Shown: in pieces, positions 10,501 to 19,900 of the stretch
Layout: each line of letters begins with the position of its first letter
Numbering within the stretch: position 1 is the stretch's first letter
Virus record (IMG/VR): IMGVR_UViG_3300025704_000001
DNA length: 61,451 bases
Strand: one strand, 5' to 3'
Source of the DNA: a virus
Made by a program: the position numbers and the translations under genes
The notes under the pieces: model-generated
What the model was told of the DNA's origin: nothing
Database searches by the model: none
The model's input: the letters and a program-made list of their open reading frames with translations, nothing else

Positions 10501-12561
10501 GTTAGTGGCCAAAATGGCATTTTAGAATGGGAGACAGGTTTGACTGACTACTCTGAAAGATACATAGGGATAGAGTTTATAGAGTTAGCAGGCGACAGTG
10601 ATAATAATACTTTTACCACTAATAATCCGGCTATATTCGAAACAGAACCTAAAGAAGCTGCGGAATTAGATATATATCATGAAGTCCCTGGGGTTTACAC
10701 TAAAGATCAAGCAGGCGAAATTCATTCTTTAGACTTTTTTAATAGTTATTCGTTTGGTAATGGTGTAGAATCTGATCGTATTAGAGACGATTACAATCAA
10801 CCTGTTATTGAGAACGGAGTTAAAGCATCAACTACATTAGATGAGCCTTACAACGAAGAGCATAGAAGCAATGGTTTAATATTTTCACAAATATTCAATT
10901 CTGTGTCAGGTGTTAATGGATTAAACCAGTTTATACAAGCTGAATCTATAACTAAAGATGTAAATCCAGAATACGGTAGCATTCAGAAACTCTACTCTAG
11001 AGACACTAACTTAGTTACTCTATGCGAGAATAAGTCTATGAAGATTCTAGCTAATAAGGATGCTCTATTTAACGCAGATGGAAGCTCTAATGTTACATCT
11101 AACAGAGCTGTTCTTGGGCAAACGATAACATTTCAAGGTGAATTTGGTATTGGGACAAATCCAGAGTCTTTTGCTGAATTTGGATTTAGAATGTACTACA
11201 CGGACTCTAACAGAGGTACTGTTATTAGATTGTCTAACGATGGCTTAACAGAAATATCTGACTATGGTATGCACGGATTTTTCCAGGACAATTTAAAGTT
11301 AAATGAAAAATTGATTGGTACATGGGATATTGAAAAAATGAACTACAATTTATCTTTGTCTAACTTGTCTCCGTACTGGAAACAGACTTTAGGAGCTGGT
11401 CAGTTTGATAGAACAAATCTAGATTCTTCTTGTGGTCAGTTTTTAAATACAAAACCAACAACTAGCACAACTGTATCTTTCAAAGAAGCTGTAAACGGAT
11501 TTACTTCAAGAAAAACATATATACCGGAAGCTGGAGCGTTTTTAAACAATACGTACTACACGTTTAAGAACGGTAGAATATGGGAGCACGGGGCCAATCC
11601 TTTGTACAATACATTTTATGATATTGGACCAGATCACGCTACGTTAGGTAGTTATTACGAAAGTTCTTTTAACACTGTATTTAACGAAGAACCAACGTCT
11701 GTTAAAGGATTCAAGACAGTAGATTATAGCGGATCCGCTTCAAAGGAGTATGCTTATACTGTAGGAACTAGTCTTAAAACGTATTCTTTAGCTCAAGTGC
11801 AAGCTCAGCGATTAGTACCTACTTCTTTTACCACCTCAAAAGGTTGGTATGCAAATTCTATCTTCACAGATTTACAAGAGGGTGAAATAAAGGAATTTAT
11901 TGATAAAGAAGGCAAATACTTTAACTACGTAAAAGGATTAAGCACTTTTTACAATAGCAACTGTAATAACAATGTTGATTCCCATGAATTCAATGTTCAA
12001 GGAATCGGTAGAGCAATATCAATAACCGGGGATCCAGAGCCAAGTGAGTTTACTGTATTTAATGAATTAGATTTCGAATGCAACCCTCCGGCTCCGTTGG
12101 AACCAGACATGACTATGAGCACTAATGCTTCCATAGGACCTATAAGCGGAACCTCTATAGGTGTAGTAGATTTTTCTAGCTATGCTTATCCTAGCTCTGT
12201 AGATGGTCTTTTCTGTGAGCTTAGGGAATTTATGGATCAATATAACAATTTACAACCACCAACAAATTCAAAGCGATGGGGTGGCAGAAGTATTTATTGG
12301 TACGGGCCAAATGATTTCGTGCTAGGTACAATACTTTATGTTAAAAACTTTGAAGAATATGCCGCGATGGATAATAAAGTTTTTATTCAAGTAAATCCTA
12401 GCCCTACTGAAAACGGGGGCTTAATAAATTATTACGCTGGATCCAGTTGGACAGATATAGCTTTAGTGCCAGACAGCTATCGATTAGTTAGAACAGACGC
12501 TAGTGGAGCTGTTGCGGAAATAACGCAAATAAATACATTGACAAATCCAAGTTGTACTTAA
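7540..12561 (+). CDS. Large structural (tail/nozzle-type) protein, 1673 aa. The function is a positional guess.
   Basis: Uninterrupted 5-kb ORF in the structural operon. All antisense ORFs inside it are short. Confidence 0.7.
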   Translation: MPELTHTFTRGKMNKDLDERLVPNGEYRDALNLELASSETSQVGAFQNIKGNLELLNKSVNAVTGAFTTWPAGDYISILNNPVCIGVKADENSDEIYWFIASDPDPVTGVKISVIASYNTTTKLTLPLVVDTQSVLNFSKDYLITGINVLEGILMWTDNQTEPKKITIKDWVNSTANFITHSQIYNRDFIESDLTVIKRYPLNPPTIEASSTKRSGPVDTVTTYAFTETPAGAPVGTVVPMTPESGPQALTWASNSLPTYEQGDILILTNAENDPLDPDAIIRVEVQSVSTPQTGAVVTVLSVGEGVESQTLDPTTFDVTLEQETPFFEMRFARFGYRYKYANNELSAFSPFSNPAFIPGEFNYSPQQGYNLGMVNNIRQLNISEWRPDAAIYPDVKAVDILYKATNNSNVYVVDTFTNEDPEWIANTFEIESEIITSVVNANQLLRPYDNVPRKALAQEVTANRLIYGNYTQNFNLLNEDGTPFSTYISVGEISRTVSAELTPEGAPKGVSIDGEEVAESAKSIRTYQIGVAYMDKYGRTTPVFTSNKASVYIPKTNAAFSTKLTAQLGSSPGGNSSLIPYYDQTNQFPYFKYYVKETSQQYYNLALDRFYDAEDGNLWLSFPSAERNKVDEDTFIILKKGHDNAEPVTEDARYKIIAIENEAPQYLKETKLSMGSMDTEFDIVAFPIPGTNEVQVDKDDFDKQFGAEARTISGLLMRVLSGATFSSYYKISTFGLDATGNKVRITVSTSFGEDMAFTSIQEPYGFANRIGDLKLELTKVEIQNKPEFTGRFFVKVFQDDLLEAKIASASNVNNNNYVRKALGYMYHLKGTYTSGGFWGESNIGGNNWTRADAQNNNERLFVDEIRTDGLSTTGTGLTENNVMQISWAGGYGQWRQRGLSLSNPALLEQLNSKRALFRFVDAGNGKADPNGQVYQMTNSIERRSYNYASRPWINDGTYDNPTNQITRWTINFRKADSTWEGLGWNPVSGQNGILEWETGLTDYSERYIGIEFIELAGDSDNNTFTTNNPAIFETEPKEAAELDIYHEVPGVYTKDQAGEIHSLDFFNSYSFGNGVESDRIRDDYNQPVIENGVKASTTLDEPYNEEHRSNGLIFSQIFNSVSGVNGLNQFIQAESITKDVNPEYGSIQKLYSRDTNLVTLCENKSMKILANKDALFNADGSSNVTSNRAVLGQTITFQGEFGIGTNPESFAEFGFRMYYTDSNRGTVIRLSNDGLTEISDYGMHGFFQDNLKLNEKLIGTWDIEKMNYNLSLSNLSPYWKQTLGAGQFDRTNLDSSCGQFLNTKPTTSTTVSFKEAVNGFTSRKTYIPEAGAFLNNTYYTFKNGRIWEHGANPLYNTFYDIGPDHATLGSYYESSFNTVFNEEPTSVKGFKTVDYSGSASKEYAYTVGTSLKTYSLAQVQAQRLVPTSFTTSKGWYANSIFTDLQEGEIKEFIDKEGKYFNYVKGLSTFYNSNCNNNVDSHEFNVQGIGRAISITGDPEPSEFTVFNELDFECNPPAPLEPDMTMSTNASIGPISGTSIGVVDFSSYAYPSSVDGLFCELREFMDQYNNLQPPTNSKRWGGRSIYWYGPNDFVLGTILYVKNFEEYAAMDNKVFIQVNPSPTENGGLINYYAGSSWTDIALVPDSYRLVRTDASGAVAEITQINTLTNPSCT

Positions 12562-12576
12562 AATAAAAATATATAA

Positions 12577-14025
12577 ATGGCAAATTTTACAGTTAATATA
12601 GTTTCTTTTCCAGCTTTTGAAGGTGTAGATTTTACAATACAAAATCCAACAGCTACTCTTTCGCTTGTACCAGATCAAGGCTACACGTTGACAGCATCTA
12701 ATTTCACAGCAGACAATCCGCTGCCTAGTTATGTTGACAGTGTTGTTTTTGCTCAAGACGGATTAAATGTTAGCTGTGTTATAACTTACAACTCTCCAAG
12801 CATTATGCCTGCTGAGGATTTATTCATAAGCGTGTGCTCCACTGGTTTTGCTGAGGAATCTTTAATAAGCGTGTCTGGTTCGGTAATTAATTGCGGTATA
12901 TCAAATGTTTCACAGCCAGGGATAGGGGTTTTACCTTTGAACTATAACAGCAGTGGCACTTTTGGTAGTAGTAGCACTGCATTTACGCAGACTGTTGCCG
13001 CAGAGGCAGGATATTATTTTGCGTCGGTACCTGTATTATCGTTAAGTATAGGTAATCCAAGTAATTATACTATAACAGACGTTAAAACTTATAACGCCAG
13101 CAATCAGTTAATTCAAGTTGTATTTACAGTTACATATACTTTTCCTAAAGCGAATGTTACCGGCAATGTATTTTGCTTAAAAGCAAATGCGTTTCAAATA
13201 TATGTACCTGATATTAAAATTACCTCATACTCATTTATTACTTCCCCTGTAGATGGAGGAACCACTACTAGATCATTCAAAATATATGGTATAGCTGGAG
13301 CTAACTGGGCTTTAACAGCTAGCTACACACCAGGAGGTGTTAGTATAGTAAACACTTCTGGGGTTATTGACGCTACAGGCTCAACAGTAGTCACCGTTAT
13401 ATTTCCAGCTACCACAGAGAATAGAGTTTATACTTTTACGCTTACAGGAGATTTAGCATCATCATTTGATACGCTTAGCGGACAACCTTCTGTGTTTACA
13501 GTCAATCAGTATATAGAATCTACTTTAAGTTTTGTATTTTCTAGCTCTAATACAGACGTAACCGTAGGAGCAGCTGATGTAGAAACATATTTACCTTATT
13601 CTAATAACCAAACGCGTCAGTATACCGTGACCGCAACGTCTGTTAGTGACTTTGTTTTTGATCTAACACCTCCTTTATCCGGTTGGTCTAATCAAAACTT
13701 AGCTTCAACAGGTGATGATTATGTTCAAGCTGTTGATTATCAAAAGCTCGTTATAGATAATGTAGCCATACCTTCTACATTAACGGCTAATTTATCTGTT
13801 ACTGTTGGTTTTGCAGGAGCTTTAGATATGGTCAGCGTGCTTAATTTAGATAACTATTTGCAAGGGCCGTTAACACCTATAGTACTTACCTATAGTTTAA
13901 CCGATGCTTGCTGCGACGGAGTTCAGAACACTTACTTTATAGCTAACGGAGAAACATTTTTAACAGCAACATCAATACTAGATGCTTCAGGCAATCCTGC
14001 TGCAGACGGATTTTACAGACAATAA
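12577..14025 (+). CDS. Structural protein (482 aa, S/T/N-rich) ending in a Cys-containing module that recurs in the next two ORFs.
   Basis: The C-terminus ...ACCDGVQNTYFIANGETFLTATSILDASGNPAADGFYRQ is paralogous to 14030..14290 and 14294..14611. Confidence 0.7.
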   Translation: MANFTVNIVSFPAFEGVDFTIQNPTATLSLVPDQGYTLTASNFTADNPLPSYVDSVVFAQDGLNVSCVITYNSPSIMPAEDLFISVCSTGFAEESLISVSGSVINCGISNVSQPGIGVLPLNYNSSGTFGSSSTAFTQTVAAEAGYYFASVPVLSLSIGNPSNYTITDVKTYNASNQLIQVVFTVTYTFPKANVTGNVFCLKANAFQIYVPDIKITSYSFITSPVDGGTTTRSFKIYGIAGANWALTASYTPGGVSIVNTSGVIDATGSTVVTVIFPATTENRVYTFTLTGDLASSFDTLSGQPSVFTVNQYIESTLSFVFSSSNTDVTVGAADVETYLPYSNNQTRQYTVTATSVSDFVFDLTPPLSGWSNQNLASTGDDYVQAVDYQKLVIDNVAIPSTLTANLSVTVGFAGALDMVSVLNLDNYLQGPLTPIVLTYSLTDACCDGVQNTYFIANGETFLTATSILDASGNPAADGFYRQ

Positions 14026-14029
14026 ATAT

Positions 14030-14290
14030 ATGGCAAATTATAGACAACAAACAGCTGGAGTTTTAGGTAGCTCACTGGTATGCGCGCCCTGCTACGATAC
14101 CTTAACTTTATGTTATTCAACTACATATCAGGATTTATGTTGCGGCTCACCTACTTCAGTGACCGTGTATGTTAACGCTGGAGAAACTTTAGCAACAGCT
14201 ACCAACTTATATTCGGACACAGCTTTAACAACAGTCGCTACAGCTGGATACTACAGCGACGATACTAATAATTGTGGATTAACACCTTAA
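14030..14290 (+). CDS. Small Cys-rich protein (86 aa), a paralog of the neighbouring module.
   Basis: Starts at ATG 14030 (MANYRQQT...). The track start at 13982 would overlap the upstream gene. Contains the motif CC..Y.NAGETLATATNLYSD...GYY. Confidence 0.6.
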   Translation: MANYRQQTAGVLGSSLVCAPCYDTLTLCYSTTYQDLCCGSPTSVTVYVNAGETLATATNLYSDTALTTVATAGYYSDDTNNCGLTP

Positions 14291-14293
14291 ATC

Positions 14294-14611
14294 ATGGCAA
14301 CTTACAGACAACAAACAGGAATATTAGGAGCAATAACTACGTGCCCTTCTTGCGTAACACCATCTTCAAACCCAGCAGGTTTTTCAAGAAGTACTTTATC
14401 TGAAGCTTGCGCATCAACTGATATTACATACTACTTTTACTTTGAAGACAACACTATAGCTAACGGTGTAACAGTATATACTGATCAAAGCCTTAGCAAT
14501 GTATTTGTAGGTGATAATGGTTGGTATAGAGTATCTGTTTCTGGTGAGCCAGTGAGATCAATGCAGATAAATGCATCCGGAGAAGTATTTTCATTATCCC
14601 TATGCCCATAA
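14294..14611 (+). CDS. Small Cys-containing protein (105 aa), a paralog of 14030..14290.
   Basis: The N-terminus MATYRQQTGILG matches MANYRQQTAGVLG of the previous ORF. Confidence 0.6.
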   Translation: MATYRQQTGILGAITTCPSCVTPSSNPAGFSRSTLSEACASTDITYYFYFEDNTIANGVTVYTDQSLSNVFVGDNGWYRVSVSGEPVRSMQINASGEVFSLSLCP

Positions 14612-14627
14612 CAAATAAGAAACACAC

Positions 14628-14954
14628 ATGGACGAAATAACTTTAACTTTCCCTAAACCTATAAATGTATCTGTACAGGTAGGCGACACCGCTTACTACA
14701 CGAACGATATAAACGGTAAAGATATTAAATTAATAGGGTTGATAACGAATATCGGCGGTAGCAGTTTTACTGCTCAAATCAGTTCGTCTCAGGTGAGACC
14801 AACAACAGCTAGCTTCATATTGTTCAGTAAGACAGCAAGCGTTAACACTAGCGGTCTTAGAGGCTACTATGCTGAAATGCAGTTCAAGAATGATTCAACA
14901 GCTTATGCTGAGCTGTTCTCTGTAGGCTCGGAAATATTTATAAGTAGCAAATAA
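14628..14954 (+). CDS. Hypothetical protein (108 aa).
   Basis: ORF in the structural operon. Confidence 0.6.
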   Translation: MDEITLTFPKPINVSVQVGDTAYYTNDINGKDIKLIGLITNIGGSSFTAQISSSQVRPTTASFILFSKTASVNTSGLRGYYAEMQFKNDSTAYAELFSVGSEIFISSK

Positions 14955-14986
14955 TACGTAATAATAACACATAAAACAATATAATT

Positions 14987-15658
14987 ATGCCAATAGGAAT
15001 ATTAAGCGCCGTTCAAGGTCTTTCAGGCATTGCTGGTGGCCTCATAGGCAGCGGAGCAAGAAGAAGAGAGCAACGGGAGGCTCAGAAAGAATTTAACATA
15101 AATAAAGCCAGAATGGAAGGTGCAGATACATCTAATTTGGCTACTAATCAGGAAAACGTATACGAAGACTTAACTGTTAATACACAGCAAGCTGACTTTG
15201 TTAATCAACAGCAGCAAGCCGGTATGGCAAATACTATGGACGCTCTTCAAGGTGCAGCTGGCGGTTCAGGTATTGCAGCGTTAGCACAATCAATGTCTAA
15301 CCAACAAGCGCAAAATGCACAAAGCGCATCAGCTAGTATTGGGCAGCAAGAAGCCGGTAATCAAATGGCGGAAAGACAAATGGCCGGTCAGCTACAGTCT
15401 CAAGAACTTCAGGGAGCTTATGCTTCTAGAGCTGCTGAAAAAGACAAAACAGATACTATGCTCGGAATGTCTCAGCAAAGATTAGGTGCTGCAAACGCGG
15501 CTCAGCAACAAGCTACACAGTCTATACTGGGAGGTGTTGGTAGTATGGCAGCAGGAGTTTTACCACAAATACCAGGCTTAGCTAAAGGAGGTGACTTCTT
15601 GCAGAACATGTTCGGTATGCAACCCGCAACAACAACACAGGATTTAACGAAACCGTAA
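14987..15658 (+). CDS. Q/A/G-rich hypothetical virion protein (223 aa).
   Basis: Low-complexity Gln/Ala-rich ORF upstream of the giant protein gene. Confidence 0.6.
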   Translation: MPIGILSAVQGLSGIAGGLIGSGARRREQREAQKEFNINKARMEGADTSNLATNQENVYEDLTVNTQQADFVNQQQQAGMANTMDALQGAAGGSGIAALAQSMSNQQAQNAQSASASIGQQEAGNQMAERQMAGQLQSQELQGAYASRAAEKDKTDTMLGMSQQRLGAANAAQQQATQSILGGVGSMAAGVLPQIPGLAKGGDFLQNMFGMQPATTTQDLTKP

Positions 15659-15659
15659 T

Positions 15660-16892
15660 ATGGCAAACAACGCATTAATACAAGGAGCTGCTCAAACAAG
15701 CAAGAAATTTTTAGATGTAGGCGGCGCGATCGGAGCGGGGATTGCAGCGGGAGACTCTACTGTTTTAGCAACTCAAACCCCTCCTAGAACAAAAGCAAAC
15801 GAATCTATTCAGCAGAAAGTTAACGGATACATGGCAAAGATGAAGACCGACATGGATTTCACTAGCTTTACTCCTGCTGAAACTAAGTCTATGCGCGAAT
15901 TTCTACTTGCGGAGCGTTCAAAGTACGCTGACGCAGCAAAGATAGCAGCTCAGTTTAAAGATGCTACATCTCCAGAGTATTTAGAAGCAGTTGATATTAT
16001 GCAAGGTGTTAATAACAGTTTTACCAATTTAGCTTCTCAGTTAGGTGCTTACAAAAAAGGAAAAGTAGATTATGCTTCCGCAATGCAGCAAGGTTTGTTT
16101 TCTAACGGTAATGATCCTAGCAGATCCAGAGAGTCTATGATTGCTTATGGCTTTTACGATGGAGATGGCGACGGTAGAAGTGATTCTCGTTATGATTCTC
16201 CTTTTCAAATACAAGAAGGTGGAAACATCGGTTTTAAAGTTGACGGCAATGTTATAGATTATAGAGACATGGCTGAACCATTTGTTAAGGACACTAAGTT
16301 TTTAAATAGCTTAAACAAAGTGAGTGAAAACGCTTACAACAACGGAGCTAGTGGAAAAAACGATAATCAATATGCGCAAGATTCATACAATCAGTCATTA
16401 GACAGCGCTTTGCAAAACGAAGATACCTTAAGATCTATTATATACGACTTTAAGTCGGAAGTAAAACTAGATGACGTAGGAAACGCCTTAGATGCTGGCA
16501 ATATAACTATAGAACAAGCAAGGGAAAACGTAAAATCCAGATTACTTGTAGCTAGAAATCAAGCTTTTGCAGATGGTTCAAGGGAATATAAAGCAAAACA
16601 AAACAAAGCGACTATAGCGTCAATGAGTCCTGCTCAGCAATTCCAGGCAAATGCTATGAATAAAAAACTAAAACTACTTGAAAGCGGTAAAGAAATCACA
16701 GCTAGAACTCAAGGTAATAAGTTATCTGCTCAGGTGGTGAACCAAGGTGATAATCCTTACTACGAGATAAAAGACGCTACTGGGTTTCCAATTGAAGAAA
16801 TAGGTCCAAACGGAGAGTATGTTACTAAAAGGTTCTCACTAGACGAAGTTATAGACAAATTAGATTTAAACGTAATGGGATTAAACAATTAA
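15660..16892 (+). CDS. Hypothetical virion protein (410 aa).
   Basis: The ATG overlaps the previous stop (TAATATG). The N-terminal 25 aa are paralogous to a segment of the 55615..56082 product. Confidence 0.65.
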   Translation: MANNALIQGAAQTSKKFLDVGGAIGAGIAAGDSTVLATQTPPRTKANESIQQKVNGYMAKMKTDMDFTSFTPAETKSMREFLLAERSKYADAAKIAAQFKDATSPEYLEAVDIMQGVNNSFTNLASQLGAYKKGKVDYASAMQQGLFSNGNDPSRSRESMIAYGFYDGDGDGRSDSRYDSPFQIQEGGNIGFKVDGNVIDYRDMAEPFVKDTKFLNSLNKVSENAYNNGASGKNDNQYAQDSYNQSLDSALQNEDTLRSIIYDFKSEVKLDDVGNALDAGNITIEQARENVKSRLLVARNQAFADGSREYKAKQNKATIASMSPAQQFQANAMNKKLKLLESGKEITARTQGNKLSAQVVNQGDNPYYEIKDATGFPIEEIGPNGEYVTKRFSLDEVIDKLDLNVMGLNN

Positions 16893-16904
16893 ATAAAATT
16901 AAAT

Positions 16905-19900
16905 ATGGCAAATCCAGATCCAATATACAAAATAAATAATAAAGAAATACCTGCGTCTACCATAAAGTTAGCAGCGGAGCAAAACGGTATGACTTTTGAA
17001 GAATATGTAACTAGACGCGGCGCTGTTTTAGTGCCGGGAAAGAAGACAGACTCTACAACTGCGGATCCAAATGTGGAGTCAGAAAATACGGGATCAACTT
17101 CGGCAGAAGATTTTTCGGTATCGAGGTTAGGTGATGCTGAAGTGCAATTAGATGAATTTAGTGAACCGGTTACTATAAAAGCCTGGGAAGAAGAAACTAA
17201 CAAATACATTGATGAAAATCCAGACTTAACGGCTGATGAATTATCTGAATGGATAAATCGACCAGGTGGGCCTACAGAATCTCAATACTCTTTTCAAGAA
17301 GAAAAAGAAATATTTGAGGCTAACAAAAAAGAGCCTAAACTAGATAATCCTAATTACAGTCCTAACGATTTCATTATAAGCTTATATGAAGATCCTGGGT
17401 TTAATAAAAACAAACCGGCTTTATCCGCTTATGATAATGAACTTGAATTTTTAAAAAATAAACAAAAAGATTATCCCATAATGTCCACAGAATCTGCGGA
17501 TATACAATCTCAAATTAATCAACTTGAATATAACAAGCAAAACGAATTAGAGGATAATAGAACCACTGCGTCTAGAGCAAGAAATTTAATTACTCAAAAA
17601 ATTAACGAAGCTGACGCTTATTGGAATGATGCCCAAGCAAAGCTTCAAGCAGGGGAAATAACTCCAGAAGAGTTTGCCGCGGTAGAGCGTAACTATGACA
17701 ACAAAAGAGCAAACATATTTCAAAATTCTCTCGAAAAAGATAGATATGACGAGCAAACATTACTACTAAACGAAGTATCTACAGCTAAAACCAAAGATAC
17801 TTATAGTAGTTTTGGCTCAAGCGACTTAGGCGAAAACAAAAAAGAACAAATTGAATTTGACCAAAAAGTCGAAGATGAAATAATAAATAAATTATATTCT
17901 GACAATAAATTAAAAGGTAAAACTCTTGATGGCAATCTTAATCTTGAGGGAAAAGAAATGCTTATTACCGAAGCAAAAAGTAAAGTACTGAATCAATCTT
18001 ACGAAGAGTATTTAAACGAATACGATAAAGCTCAAGAAATAATATTTGCTGCAGACGAAGCAAGCTCAGTAACCCCTGAAGCCGCTACCGCAGCTCAAGC
18101 TATATTGTATAACGCAGCTGATAAATTACAAACAACATCTACTAAACTAGCTTTTAATATAGGAGAGCAGGTTTTTGATAACAATTTTCAAATGACTGAA
18201 GATTTTATTAAATGGAGAGATAGACATATCGATGGTGGTTTTGTTGGAGGTACAGCAGATTTTATAGGTACCCTTGTCCAAGGAGGGCAAAAACTCATTG
18301 GGGAATCCATTGTTGGTAGTGCTATTTGGTTAAATAGACTTGCTTTTACAGGTATGGGTACTTTTGAAGAAGATGAGTATTCTAGATTAGACATGGTAAG
18401 CGACATGTTTTCTAACTACAACTCATTTAATTACCTAGGAGTTAGTCCTAAAGGCGGGAGTTTATCTGAAGATGGGATATCTTTTAGATCTGGTAGCAAA
18501 ACTATAGCTAATATGTTACCTTTTACGATAGGAGTAGCGCTAGCTGCCCGTAAAGGTGATATGAAAGGTCTAAAAAACGCTTACTCTTTATTAAAAGGAA
18601 TGGGGGCAAGTGCTAGCACCATAAATAAAATAAAAATGGGCGGGTTTGCTTTTAGAGCAACCGTTAATGATAATTACATGGAAGGTAAGCAAATGGGGTT
18701 AGATGACAGTCAAGCTCTTGCTTATTCAAGCATGGCATCCACTGCTACGGCTGTAGTGCAGGGTATCATGCCTGATGTAAATTTCTTTAAAACCAACATA
18801 GGTAAATCTATGTTAAATACCGTTGTAGAAAACTTAAAGAAAGCAACTACAAAAGAAGCTAGAAAAGCGGTAGGAAAGCAGTTTGTTAATAGTCTTTTAG
18901 GAGAGATTGGTGAGGAAGAGGCTGAATTATTACTTCAAGATATAGCTAAAATAACTGTAGGCTTAAGTAATGAAACCAAATTTACTGATTTTGACACTCA
19001 ATTTGAAACCATAGGAGGAACAATCCTTTTAGCAGGTGGTACTTCTACGGTAATGGCTCCTACTCAATTTAGTAATTTTAAAAATAAAATATATAATCAA
19101 TACAGAACTCAAGGTGCTGATATAATAAAAACTTTACAAGAAAGCAAAAAAGTTGTAGAGACTAAATTAAAAAGAGCTAGAACTCAACAAAGTAAAGACG
19201 CTGCTCAACGCCAATTAGACGAAATAAATTCGGCTATAGACTATGGAGGCGATATTATAAAAGCTATTAATGTTGCTCCTGATGTAATGAATGACGAGCA
19301 AATAGATTTGCTTATACAAAAAAATCAATTACTAGAGAGAAAAGCAAAAGCAGATAAAAGATACACAAAGGGGATTGATGCAGAAATTGAAGCTATTGAT
19401 GCTAAAATAGAAGCTTCTCAAGTTAAGCAACAATCTTCAATTATAGAAGAAAGAACAGAAGCTGGTACTAAAAAAATAGCAGACGCTTTAGGTATTACTT
19501 TTGAAAAAGGTAACAAGGCAAAAATTAGTGAACTAATAGCTCAAGAAAATGCAGCTAGAGAAGAAAGAAACAAAGGAAAAAGCAAAGCTAATAAAGAAGA
19601 TTTAATAAATGTGAATGAGGCTTTAGCTCAAAACGGATTTATTATACAAAATGCGGATGGCACTCAAACCATAGCGGTTAATGAAGACGTTGCAGGTACA
19701 AATAAAGCAGTAACCACAGCTCAGCATGAATTACTACATGGAGTGTTGCTTAAAACCATTACAGACAATCCTGGAGCAATAGTACAAATGGGCAATGCTC
19801 TTAGATCTGAAATTGATAAAATGTTACCTAATGACATTAGTTTTAACAATGTTTATATTCAAGGTAGACTCGAAGCTTATAAGGATTCTCCGTCTAGCGT

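Noticed and set aside
13982-14029. Extended ORF-track starts at 13982, 33058, 43382, 55193, 57797 and 39107.
   Set aside because: Each extension overlaps the upstream gene or a regulatory element. A downstream ATG placed right after the upstream stop gives the conserved N-terminus (for example MANYRQQ, MTNIENEY, MAFKLK).
14956-14968. The exact 13-mer ACGTAATAATAAC, shared with 52180-52192, as a possible late promoter.
   Set aside because: For a 61-kb AT-rich sequence, tens of exact 13-mer coincidences are expected by chance. There are only two copies, at different distances from their ATGs.
16140-16200. YDGDGDGRSD in the 410-aa protein as a possible DxDGD catalytic motif of a virion RNA polymerase.
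   Set aside because: It is an isolated Asp/Gly run in a 410-aa protein with no other polymerase-like context. A calcium-binding-type loop is more likely.
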